From Patescibacteria group bacterium (GTDB lineage Bacteria > Patescibacteriota > Minisyncoccia > Phycocordibacterales > SBAW01): 43,985 nt of DNA. The notes beneath the pieces are model-generated. The model was not told the DNA's origin, made no database searches, and saw only the letters and a program-made list of their open reading frames with translations. The stretch covers positions 1-43,985 of the forward strand of contig JAGWIT010000002.1 in assembly GCA_028866155.1 (NCBI GenBank), in the 5' to 3' direction. Position numbers and translations under genes: made by a program. The stretch's first letter is position 1. Every line of letters begins with the position of its first letter. Below are positions 27,854-39,233 of this stretch, piece after piece.

Positions 27854-28831
27854 ATGCGGGAAATCGTAGGCGTTTTGCGCGGCGGGCCTTCGAGCGAGTA
27901 TGAGGTCTCGCTCAACACGGGCGCATCTGTGCTTCGCGCGCTCAATGCAGAAAAATACGAAGCGCGCGACATTTTTATTTCGCGCGGAGGCGAGTGGCAC
28001 GTGCACGGCGTCGCGGTGACTCCCGAGCGCGCGCTGCGCGGCGTTGATGTCGCGCTCAACGCGATGCACGGCGAGTTTGGCGAGGACGGGCAAGTCCAGC
28101 GCATTTTAGAGATGCTCGCGGTGCCCTACACCGGCTCGGGCGCCGCCGCTTCGGCGCTGGCCTTTGACAAACAGCTCACCCGTGAGGCGGTCTCAAAGCT
28201 CGGCGTCAAAATAGCGCACGGAGCAGTTATCGACAGTCAAAAAATCACCGACCTCGAGAGGACCGCGTTTAATCTCTTTCGCTCGATGCCGCATCCGGTC
28301 ATGGTCAAACCAACAATTGGCGGTTCTTCGGTGGGCACGGCCAAGGCCGACTCCTATCACGGTTTACAAACAGCCCTTGAGCATGCTTTCAATGTGTCTC
28401 CGCGGGCGTTGGTAGAAGAATATATCAAGGGAAGGGAAGCAACCGTCGGTGTTATCGATAATTTTAGAGGCGAAAAAATTTATGCGCTCATGCCGGTTGA
28501 GATAATCCCGCCCCAAACTTCGTCTTTTTTTGATTACGACGCCAAATACGGCGGTCGGAGCACCGAGCGCGTACCCGGCAACTTTTCGCGCGAAGAAAAA
28601 AATCATTTGATGACCGCCGCCAGGCTCGTACACCAAGGCCTCAGCCTTGAGCACTATTCGCGCTCCGACTTCATCGTGAGCCGCCGTGGCATCTATTTTT
28701 TGGAGGTCAACACTCTGCCGGGACTCACCAACGAATCGCTTCTGCCCAAAGCTCTGCAGGCAGTAGGCGCGAAGCTGTCGGATTTTCTCGACCACGTGAT
28801 AAACTTGGCGCGCCGCCGCCAAGTTCAATAA
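27854..28831 (+). CDS. ddl: D-alanine--D-alanine ligase
   Basis: 325 aa with HGEFGEDG.VQ..LE....PYTGS, an ATP-grasp region (VKP..GGSSVG) and EVNTLPGLT. Confidence 0.9.
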   Translation: MREIVGVLRGGPSSEYEVSLNTGASVLRALNAEKYEARDIFISRGGEWHVHGVAVTPERALRGVDVALNAMHGEFGEDGQVQRILEMLAVPYTGSGAAASALAFDKQLTREAVSKLGVKIAHGAVIDSQKITDLERTAFNLFRSMPHPVMVKPTIGGSSVGTAKADSYHGLQTALEHAFNVSPRALVEEYIKGREATVGVIDNFRGEKIYALMPVEIIPPQTSSFFDYDAKYGGRSTERVPGNFSREEKNHLMTAARLVHQGLSLEHYSRSDFIVSRRGIYFLEVNTLPGLTNESLLPKALQAVGAKLSDFLDHVINLARRRQVQ

Positions 28832-28869
28832 AGAAGACTTTGGCAAAGCGCTTTGATATAGTAACCACC

Positions 28870-29202
28870 ATGTCTGAATTGGCTCGGAAAAAATGCGTCC
28901 CCTGCGAGGGCAACGTGCCGCCGCTCACCAAAGAGGAAGCGCTTGAGATGCAAAAGCAGGTCAACGACTGGTCGCTCATCGACGAGGCTCACTTGCTCGC
29001 CAAAAGCTTTCGCTTTAAAGACTTTGCCCAGACGATGGAGTTTGTTAATAAGGTCGCGGCTATCGCCGAAGAAGAGGGTCACCACCCCGACCTCACGGTA
29101 AGCTACGGCAGTGTCACTGTCGAGCTCATGACACATGCCATCGGCGGGCTGTCCGAAAATGATTTCATCGTCGCGGCAAAGATAGACGAGATAAAATCGT
29201 GA
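28870..29202 (+). CDS. 4a-hydroxytetrahydrobiopterin dehydratase (pterin-4-alpha-carbinolamine dehydratase)
   Basis: About 110 aa with the EEGHHPDL motif. I prefer the ATG at 28870 to the TTG at 28840. Confidence 0.8.
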   Translation: MSELARKKCVPCEGNVPPLTKEEALEMQKQVNDWSLIDEAHLLAKSFRFKDFAQTMEFVNKVAAIAEEEGHHPDLTVSYGSVTVELMTHAIGGLSENDFIVAAKIDEIKS

Positions 29203-29275
29203 ACTTCCTTTTAGAGGCTCAATAAAGTGGATTTTTTGCCAGTATTGACGTAAGATGAAACAGCGTGCATAAATT

Positions 29276-29348
29276 GGGCCCTTAGCTCATTTGGTAGAGC
29301 GCCTCATTTGCAATGAGGAGGTGACCGGTTCGATCCCGGTAGGGTCCA
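29276..29348 (+). tRNA. tRNA-Ala (anticodon UGC)
   Basis: A hand-folded cloverleaf. The acceptor stem gggccct/agggtcc carries the G3:U70 Ala identity pair. The anticodon loop is tttgcaa and the T-loop is ttcgatc. No CCA is encoded. Confidence 0.9.
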
Positions 29349-29517
29349 CTAAAAAAGACAGCTACCAGATTTGCTGCCTCGTCAAACTCGCATCGTGATT
29401 TAAAGAGATAAGAATTATGTTCGTGCGTACGTTTTGGAAGCATGTGGAAAAACATACTTGCGCGAGGTAAAGGGGGGGGGTGTAACATTTCCATATATTT
29501 AGTAATTTATAAATCCA

Positions 29518-30048
29518 ATGATGGAGAAGCCGAAAGGAATACAAGAGGGAGAGAAACGCAGACAATCTTATGAACACGGTCCAAAAAGCAGAGAAGTACT
29601 TTCGGATTTAGATACATGCCGAGTGTTCGTAAGTGCGAATCAGGAGATTCAGGATGAGTTCGAGGGGATGATGAACGCAGGGGGCCGCATGCTGACCATA
29701 ACAGTGAGAAGTGGAGTTCAAATACTGCGGGATCAACATCCTATAAGCAGTACTCCGAATATTGTTGCTGCAGCATTCGAGTCGCACTTTGGAAGTGGCC
29801 GATTAGTAATTTCATACGATAAAAATCCTTCATTTCAAGCAGGTAACAAGGATTTTCCGTATGCCGTAGAAAGGGCCAGCCTAGAGTTAAAAGATGCAAA
29901 AGGTAACTCCGTAGACGCAGAGACATTTATGGACACTGTCAAATCCAGTGTTCAGGAGGATGAGCAACTCCACCCTGACGAACAAAATCTTATCTCCATG
30001 ATAAATCACATGAGGGTGATTAAATCATCGATGTCAGATGAACAGTGA
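29518..30048 (+). CDS. Hypothetical protein (orphan ORF in the lower-GC islet)
   Basis: 176-aa ORF with no recognisable motif and no obvious Shine-Dalgarno sequence. Its composition differs from the flanking genes. Confidence 0.35.
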   Translation: MMEKPKGIQEGEKRRQSYEHGPKSREVLSDLDTCRVFVSANQEIQDEFEGMMNAGGRMLTITVRSGVQILRDQHPISSTPNIVAAAFESHFGSGRLVISYDKNPSFQAGNKDFPYAVERASLELKDAKGNSVDAETFMDTVKSSVQEDEQLHPDEQNLISMINHMRVIKSSMSDEQ

Positions 30049-30390
30049 AAAGGAAACGAATAACGATTAGCCGTGAAAAGAATACTCATAATTCTAAACT
30101 CCACCCCTCTCGGCAAAAAGATTCTCACGCCGCGCGTCGACGCTCCTCCTCTTGCGCATTAAAAATATATGACCAGGACCCAGAAGAGCTTCTTAGCTGG
30201 TTCGAACTCTGTCCCGAGCAAGTCCGCTCTAGAAGAATCAGGGGAGAGAATTGTCTCTTTCGCCTTGAAAACGCTTTAAGGCTATACTAAGATCCACTCT
30301 GAAATATTCACCGCCGTTCTTGCTATTCTTCACGAAAAATTTATACTGGCGATTAGATGTTCACTTTGCGCAACAAATCGGGAGGCTGTC

Positions 30391-30966
30391 ATGTTGCAAC
30401 CACTCCTTAAGCCCGGCTCTAACCAGTCAGGAACAGGGTCGACCATGATCGCATTCGATTTTTCTGAGTGCGATGAAATCATCAATCATCCGGCGCAGTT
30501 GCGCGACGCAATTCGCGCTATCATCACGCGGCAAGGGTTAACGCCCCGGGAAAATGATTTCACGGACACGTGGGGAAGCAGGGAAGAGGGTCCTTCGACC
30601 ATCTTTATCCCGCTTAAGGAGTCTCACATCCGCTTATGGATCTTTTCTGGAATCATCAACCGCCTACTGCGCCTGTTGCTGGGGATGCTGGCATTCTTCA
30701 GGATAGAGACCTGGCCCGACCGCAAAAATCACGTAAACGGGGAGGTGCAGATTTGCAATTACAGCCGCAACAATCGCATGGCAACTGCAGAGATTGTTGT
30801 CGCGCTTGCCCAACTGTTGAAGCCGAAATTGATCTCTCTGCACATCTTTCAGCGTGGTCCCGATGAGGTTATGCGGTCTTTGCGTACGCTACATGCGCCT
30901 GCGGAGAGGTTGCTCCGCGAACTCAAGTTTCTTGAGAATCTTGAGAATGTCGAAGCCGTCGCCTGA
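30391..30966 (+). CDS. Hypothetical protein with similarity to pyruvoyl-dependent S-adenosylmethionine decarboxylase (SpeH-type) proenzymes
   Basis: A GGGAGG Shine-Dalgarno sequence lies 5 nt upstream and a terminator lies at the 3' end. The motifs F.F.ECD, LKESH (the Glu-Ser self-cleavage site) and ETWPD....V.ICN parallel the ESHxxIHTWPE...D.FTC pattern as I remember it. The pattern is interrupted by about 22 hydrophobic residues. Confidence 0.5.
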   Translation: MLQPLLKPGSNQSGTGSTMIAFDFSECDEIINHPAQLRDAIRAIITRQGLTPRENDFTDTWGSREEGPSTIFIPLKESHIRLWIFSGIINRLLRLLLGMLAFFRIETWPDRKNHVNGEVQICNYSRNNRMATAEIVVALAQLLKPKLISLHIFQRGPDEVMRSLRTLHAPAERLLRELKFLENLENVEAVA

Positions 30967-30988
30967 CAAGCGACGGCCTTTCTTTTTA
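30956..30988 (+). terminator. Intrinsic terminator
   Basis: The stem gccgtcgc / gcgacggc with the loop ctgacaa, followed by ctttcttttt. It overlaps the stop codon of the preceding ORF. Confidence 0.6.
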
Positions 30989-31014
30989 TAAAATTATCCG
31001 ATAGAGTTTTTAAC

Positions 31015-31088
31015 GCACCCTTAGCTCAGTTGGCTAGAGCGCGCCCTTCACACGGGCGAGGTCGCAGGTTCGAGCCCTGCAGGGTGCA
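31015..31088 (+). tRNA. tRNA-Val (anticodon CAC)
   Basis: A cloverleaf with the acceptor stem gcaccct/agggtgc, D-arm gctc/gagc, anticodon loop ttcacac and T-loop ttcgagc. Confidence 0.9.
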
Positions 31089-31188
31089 CAAAACTCTTTT
31101 TATTGCTATATTTTTACCCATTGGTGATACGCAGTGTTGGGATGTCTTATAGTGCATTTAGTGCATTGCGCGCCATCGGAAACAGAGT

Positions 31189-31259
31189 CGGGATGTCTTA
31201 TAGTGGCATTATACGCGCTTCGGGTGCGCGAAACCCGAGTTCGATTCTCGGCATCCCGA
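31189..31259 (+). tRNA. tRNA-Pro (anticodon CGG) with an atypical AT-only D-arm
   Basis: The acceptor stem is cgggatg/catcccg. The anticodon stem-loop is cgcgc-ttcgggt-gcgcg, with G37. The T-arm is ccgag-ttcgatt-ctcgg. The D-stem can only be drawn as tata/tata with non-standard spacing. Confidence 0.65.
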
Positions 31260-31304
31260 CTCTGTTTCTGAAAATGTAAATGGGTGCAGGAGTGTTATGA
31301 GCCG

Positions 31305-31375
31305 GGGCCCGTAGTTAAGTGGTACAACGCGGCATTCGCATTGTCGAGACGCGAGTTCGATTCTCGCCGGGTCCA
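31305..31375 (+). tRNA. tRNA-Ala (anticodon CGC)
   Basis: The acceptor stem gggcccg/cgggtcc carries G3:U70. The anticodon arm is cggca-ttcgcat-tgtcg and the T-arm is gcgag-ttcgatt-ctcgc. Confidence 0.8.
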
Positions 31376-31399
31376 CCGAGGATGCTTTTTTGTGTTAAC

Positions 31400-31915
31400 A
31401 TGCGCATTTGTATGACGTTGACCACGCACGCGATAGTCGGGGCCGCGGCAGCGAGCCTGTTTCCCGCGCAACCAATCGCGGCTTTTGCCGCCGGATTCGC
31501 GAGCCACTTCGCGATAGACGCCATCCCGCACTGGGATTATGAGCCGGCCTCGGCGGTTAAGGACAAACACAATCCTCTCGCGACCGACATGATCATCGGC
31601 AAGGCGTTTTTTGAGGACTTAGCCGTGATAGCGGGAGATGCACTCCTGGGTCTCGCGCTCAGCGTGCTGATTTTTAACGCATGGCTCTTTCATGTCCCGC
31701 TGTTGATAGTCGTCATAGGCGTCGTCGCCGGCATTTTGCCCGACCCGCTCCAGTTTTTGTACTACAAGACGCGGTCAAAAATCCTTGAGCCGCTGCAGAG
31801 GTTCCACCAGTGGATACAAAAACCGAGCCCGATAGGTGTGGCGCCGTGGATAGGCGTGGGGCTCCAGTGTGCGCTGGTCGTGATGGTCATCGCGCTTCTT
31901 AAGTTATTTATCTGA
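31400..31915 (+). CDS. Membrane-bound metal-dependent hydrolase-like protein (YdjM/DUF457-like)
   Basis: The track ORF starts inside the tRNA gene, so I trimmed it to the ATG at 31400 (31412 is an alternative). The protein is multi-pass hydrophobic, with HAIVGAA and FASHFAIDAIPHWD His/Asp motifs. Confidence 0.6.
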   Translation: MRICMTLTTHAIVGAAAASLFPAQPIAAFAAGFASHFAIDAIPHWDYEPASAVKDKHNPLATDMIIGKAFFEDLAVIAGDALLGLALSVLIFNAWLFHVPLLIVVIGVVAGILPDPLQFLYYKTRSKILEPLQRFHQWIQKPSPIGVAPWIGVGLQCALVVMVIALLKLFI

Positions 31916-32431
31916 AGGCGAAGCCTGCGCGCCGGTGCTTGAAGAGAGCACGGCCGCGGCGCCTAAAGCTCCTTGGAGCTCGGCAACGACCGGTATGAGC
32001 GAGGTCTGCGTGGCGCTTGAAACTTGCGCACTGGTGCTGGCAAGCAGTTCTTGGTGCACCGCAAGCATGGTTTTAAGTTTTGCGGCGATGCTCGCGGCGT
32101 CCGCGGTGTCGCCGGCCGCTTTGAGCTTGGTTATCATTGAACCGACGTCATACAGATGAGCGTCAAAGTTGTCGGTGATGTCCGTTTGGGCTCCTGCTCC
32201 GAGGCTCCCGCTTTGCGCGAGCTGCTCGGCCTCGTCGAGGCGGGTTTTCATGAGGCTCACGTCCCAATCGGCGCGTGCCGCATTGCTGAGCGCGAACGCG
32301 CCTGCGACGTTTTCATCGACATGCACCTTGACGGGGTAGAGCAATTGCCCGGGCAAAGCGCTCTGCGCGGCGACCGATACGCCGCCGCCAACGACTAACG
32401 CAGCGGCTAAAGCTACGGCGATAATAGGCAT
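31904..32431 (-). CDS. Hypothetical exported helical protein
   Basis: 175-aa ORF with a signal anchor (MPIIAVALAAALVVGGGVSVAA) and an Ala-rich helical body. It converges on the previous gene and overlaps it by 12 nt. Confidence 0.6.
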   Translation of the reverse strand: MPIIAVALAAALVVGGGVSVAAQSALPGQLLYPVKVHVDENVAGAFALSNAARADWDVSLMKTRLDEAEQLAQSGSLGAGAQTDITDNFDAHLYDVGSMITKLKAAGDTADAASIAAKLKTMLAVHQELLASTSAQVSSATQTSLIPVVAELQGALGAAAVLSSSTGAQASPSDK

Positions 32432-32548
32432 AGTTAAGTATACGCTAACGGCTAATGAAAGGTTCGCACCTTCATGAAGACGGGAAGGGGTCTCTGTCTC
32501 TTACCTTGACTTTGAATTCAAGCGTTTTTTGGTATACTGGCCTTATAT

Positions 32549-33316
32549 ATGAACGGAGGGCTCAAGATATCGCTCGCGGCGGAGCGTTTGTTTATTTTGT
32601 GGGGGATACCCGTCACCAATTCGCTTTTGACCGCGTGGTGCGTCATCGTCCTGCTCGTCATCGTCGGTTACTTCGTCGGCCGCAACCCCCAGCTCATTCC
32701 CGGCAAGGTGCAGGCGGCTTTTGAATGGCTGTTTGAGTTTGTGCTCAATTACATGGAGGAGACGCTCGGCAGCCGCGAGCTCGCCGTGCGCTTCTTCCCG
32801 CTCATCGTCACTATTTTCTTTTTTATCCTTGCGTCCAACCTTTTGGAGTTCTTGCCGTTCTTCGGCAGTGTTGGGTTGTATCAAAACGGAGCGCTCGTGC
32901 CGCTGTTCCGCTCCTCATCGACCGACCTCAACACGACACTCGCACTCGCGCTCATTGCCTACTTCGTCATCGAGCTCACCGGCGTCGTGATGCTCGGGTT
33001 CTTGAGATATGGCTCAAAATTTGTTAATTTCAAAGGAGGGGCGCTCGGGTTTCTTATCGGCATTATCGAGTTCATCAGCAACCTCGCGCGTCTCATCTCG
33101 TTCTCGTTCCGGCTTTTCGGCAATATCTTTGCAGGCGAAGTGCTCATTGTCGTGGTCATTTCGTTCCTGCCCCTGGTCTTGCCCGTGCCGCTGATGCTGT
33201 TTGAGACCTTCGTCGGCCTCGTGCAGGCGGCGATATTCGCCCTTTTGACGCTCGTGTTCATCAAGATCGCAATAAGCGAGCCGCATGGCGAACATGAGCC
33301 GGCAAAAGCCCATTAA
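32549..33316 (+). CDS. atpB: F0F1 ATP synthase subunit a
   Basis: 255 aa, multi-pass, with the conserved Arg block SFSFRLFGNIFAGE. Confidence 0.9.
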   Translation: MNGGLKISLAAERLFILWGIPVTNSLLTAWCVIVLLVIVGYFVGRNPQLIPGKVQAAFEWLFEFVLNYMEETLGSRELAVRFFPLIVTIFFFILASNLLEFLPFFGSVGLYQNGALVPLFRSSSTDLNTTLALALIAYFVIELTGVVMLGFLRYGSKFVNFKGGALGFLIGIIEFISNLARLISFSFRLFGNIFAGEVLIVVVISFLPLVLPVPLMLFETFVGLVQAAIFALLTLVFIKIAISEPHGEHEPAKAH

Positions 33317-33336
33317 TTATCATTAGCATTAAATAG

Positions 33337-33573
<237 letters not shown>

Positions 33574-33609
33574 TTAAATATTAAGTAGTAATTCACATAT
33601 TCTTCATTA

Positions 33610-34053
33610 ATGTCAGCGGTATTAGCATCATTCGGCATAGACTGGCGACTCCTCATCATCAACACGATTAACTTCGCGTTGTTGCTTTTGGCGCTGTGGT
33701 ATTTTCTCTATGGTCCGCTCATGCGCATGCTTGAGGAGAGGCGAGCCAAAGTGGCTCAAGGAGTAGTCGACGCCGAAGCCGCGGCGCAAAAACTCCGGAT
33801 GATCGAGGAAGAGAAGGCGGGGATACTGGGCAAGGCGGGGCAGGAGGCGGACGACGTGTTGCAGAAAGCGCGCACCGCCGCAGCCGAGAAAGAGCGCGGC
33901 ATTGTCGCGGCAAGCGAAGCGCGCGCCGCAGCACTCCTCAGCGACGCCGGCAAAGAGGCCAAGGAGCTCAAGCGCCAAGCTATTGAGGAGAGCAAGCAGG
34001 AGGTCGCCAAGCTTGTGGTGCTCGGCATCGAGAAGATGCTCGCCTCAAAATAA
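33610..34053 (+). CDS. atpF: F0F1 ATP synthase subunit b
   Basis: 147 aa with one N-terminal TM helix followed by a long charged helix (A/E/K-rich), in the canonical operon position. Confidence 0.8.
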   Translation: MSAVLASFGIDWRLLIINTINFALLLLALWYFLYGPLMRMLEERRAKVAQGVVDAEAAAQKLRMIEEEKAGILGKAGQEADDVLQKARTAAAEKERGIVAASEARAAALLSDAGKEAKELKRQAIEESKQEVAKLVVLGIEKMLASK

Positions 34054-34058
34054 AAATC

Positions 34059-34313
34059 ATGCCTATCGCACGCATCTATGCCCAAGCGCTGTTTGAGATG
34101 GTCGAGGCAAAGCCTTCGAGCACCAAAGTGTTCTTGGCGAATCTGCAAAAAGCTCTCAAGCGCCGCGGCCATCAAAAATTATTGCCGGCCATTTTGAACG
34201 AATATCAAAAGTTGGAGACTGCCGCCGCGCGCCGCGCACTGTACGCTAAAGTAACTCCCGAAATGGAGCGCACCCGGATACTCATGCAACTGTATAGAAA
34301 GCTGACCGCCTAA
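34059..34313 (+). CDS. atpH: Short ATP synthase delta (OSCP)-like subunit, 84 aa
   Basis: It sits between atpF and atpA. The N-terminus [11 protein letters not shown] resembles the start of delta/OSCP (YA.ALF), but the protein is only about half the usual length. Confidence 0.5.
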   Translation: MPIARIYAQALFEMVEAKPSSTKVFLANLQKALKRRGHQKLLPAILNEYQKLETAAARRALYAKVTPEMERTRILMQLYRKLTA

Positions 34314-34320
34314 ATTAAAT

Positions 34321-35892
<1,572 letters not shown>

Positions 35893-35898
35893 AATTAT

Positions 35899-38195
<2,297 letters not shown>

Positions 38196-38227
38196 AATAT
38201 CAAGGAGAGTCCTTGATAATTGAATCC

Positions 38228-38476
38228 ATGCATGTAGTGATTGCAAAAGTAAACGAAAATCTCTATGACGGCGAAGCCGCATCTGTTACTTTGCCTGGCG
38301 CAGAAGGGGAGATGACGGTTTTGCCCGAGCACGAGCCGCTGATGACCACGCTCAAAGCGGGAGTCATTACGGTGCGCACGGGCGACCCTTTGACAGGCTC
38401 AGTGCAAGAAATAAAGTTTGAGATCGAAGGAGGGGTCCTAGAAGTCCGCCAAGACGGCGCGACGGTAATCTTGTGA
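38228..38476 (+). CDS. atpC: F0F1 ATP synthase subunit epsilon, beta-sandwich domain only
   Basis: It follows atpD. The blocks LPGAEGEMTVLPEHEPLMTTLKAG are typical of epsilon. I prefer the ATG at 38228 to the TTG at 38213. There is no C-terminal helical hairpin. Confidence 0.75.
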   Translation: MHVVIAKVNENLYDGEAASVTLPGAEGEMTVLPEHEPLMTTLKAGVITVRTGDPLTGSVQEIKFEIEGGVLEVRQDGATVIL

Positions 38477-38626
38477 CGGTATTATTATTTCTATGTCACT
38501 TAAGGGTCCCGGCAATAAACCAAAAGCGAACTTTAAAGAAAAAAATAAGCAAGGCGCTGCGCGTGGTCCTGACCGACAGACTCTGCTTTTGGATAAAAAT
38601 TGTGGTATATTCTTTCTGCTAAGAAA

Positions 38627-38700
38627 GGGCCTATAGTTCAATGGTAGAACGCGTCCATGGCATGGACGAGGCTGGGGTCCGATTCCCCATAGGTCCACCA
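38627..38700 (+). tRNA. tRNA-Ala (anticodon GGC) with an encoded CCA
   Basis: The acceptor stem gggccta/taggtcc carries G3:U70. The anticodon arm is cgtcc-atggcat-ggacg. The T-arm tgggg-tccgatt-cccca has C where U55 is normally found. A 3' CCA is present. Confidence 0.75.
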
Positions 38701-38702
38701 AT

Positions 38703-38870
38703 TTAAAGCTGCGTCATTTTGAAGCCTAGCCATAACCCGGCGAAAGCTCCCGCTGCGCTGAAGATAATTGAGGAAAAGGAGAAGATATTCGCGTCCCACA
38801 GCTCGGGGATGAGGCCGCCGATACTTGAACCTATGACTATCCCTATCCATATGGCTGCGGGCGTACGCAT
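38703..38870 (-). CDS. GlsB/YeaQ/YmgE-like small membrane protein (55 aa)
   Basis: Not in the ORF track because it is under 60 aa. My own translation gives MRTPAAIWIGIVIGSSIGGLIPELWDANIFSFSSIIFSAAGAFAGLWLGFKMTQL. It has two Gly-rich helices typical of the transglycosylase-associated family. I see no clear Shine-Dalgarno sequence. Confidence 0.5.
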   Translation of the reverse strand: MRTPAAIWIGIVIGSSIGGLIPELWDANIFSFSSIIFSAAGAFAGLWLGFKMTQL

Positions 38871-38958
38871 GCGTATAAGTATATTGCATTTTTTTCATGC
38901 GCTTGCTATTTTGTGAGATGGAAAGTTGCATGATCGCTTTCGCAAAGAGGGGGTATTA

Positions 38959-39168
38959 ATGGCTAAAAACGGAAATGGCCGGGGTCTTAAGTCAGTTCAG
39001 GCGAATCGTGAAGCCGGGCGGCAATCGGCCAGCTTCAAAGATGAGAATCAAGCATTCGTCAACGGCGGAGGCAAAAAAAACAGGAAGCAAAACAGACTCA
39101 CCAGGCGTTTGACGCCGCGGCCGCTGATAAACCGCGGCGAGTGGATCACGACGGTTCGAATAAGCTGA
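38959..39168 (+). CDS. Small basic hypothetical protein (69 aa)
   Basis: The ATG at 38959 is preceded by AGAGGGGG, and a terminator follows at 39181. The protein has no recognisable motif. Confidence 0.3.
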   Translation: MAKNGNGRGLKSVQANREAGRQSASFKDENQAFVNGGGKKNRKQNRLTRRLTPRPLINRGEWITTVRIS

Positions 39169-39180
39169 ATACCTTTGTAT

Positions 39181-39217
39181 CCCCGCCTGCAACAGCAAGC
39201 GGGGCTTTATTTTTTTT
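39181..39217 (+). terminator. Intrinsic terminator
   Basis: The stem ccccgc / gcgggg with a 12-nt loop, followed by ctttatttttttt. Confidence 0.6.
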
Positions 39218-39233
39218 ATGCTACAATTTTTGG

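Noticed and set aside
29276-29348. My first reading of this tRNA as tRNA-Cys, because of gca in the anticodon loop.
   Set aside because: Proper numbering of the 7-nt loop tttgcaa puts TGC at positions 34-36. The G3:U70 pair confirms alanine identity.
30045-30290. An 81-aa GTG-initiated ORF in the islet.
   Set aside because: It has a non-ATG start overlapping the previous stop, no Shine-Dalgarno sequence, and a basic low-complexity translation. It may be real, but I cannot support it.
31137-31210. The duplicated 5' fragment of tRNA-Pro as the attL/attR boundary of an integrated element.
   Set aside because: The two copies are only 51 nt apart and enclose no genes. Integrases usually duplicate the 3' part of a tRNA, and no integrase is present. 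Local duplication is more likely.
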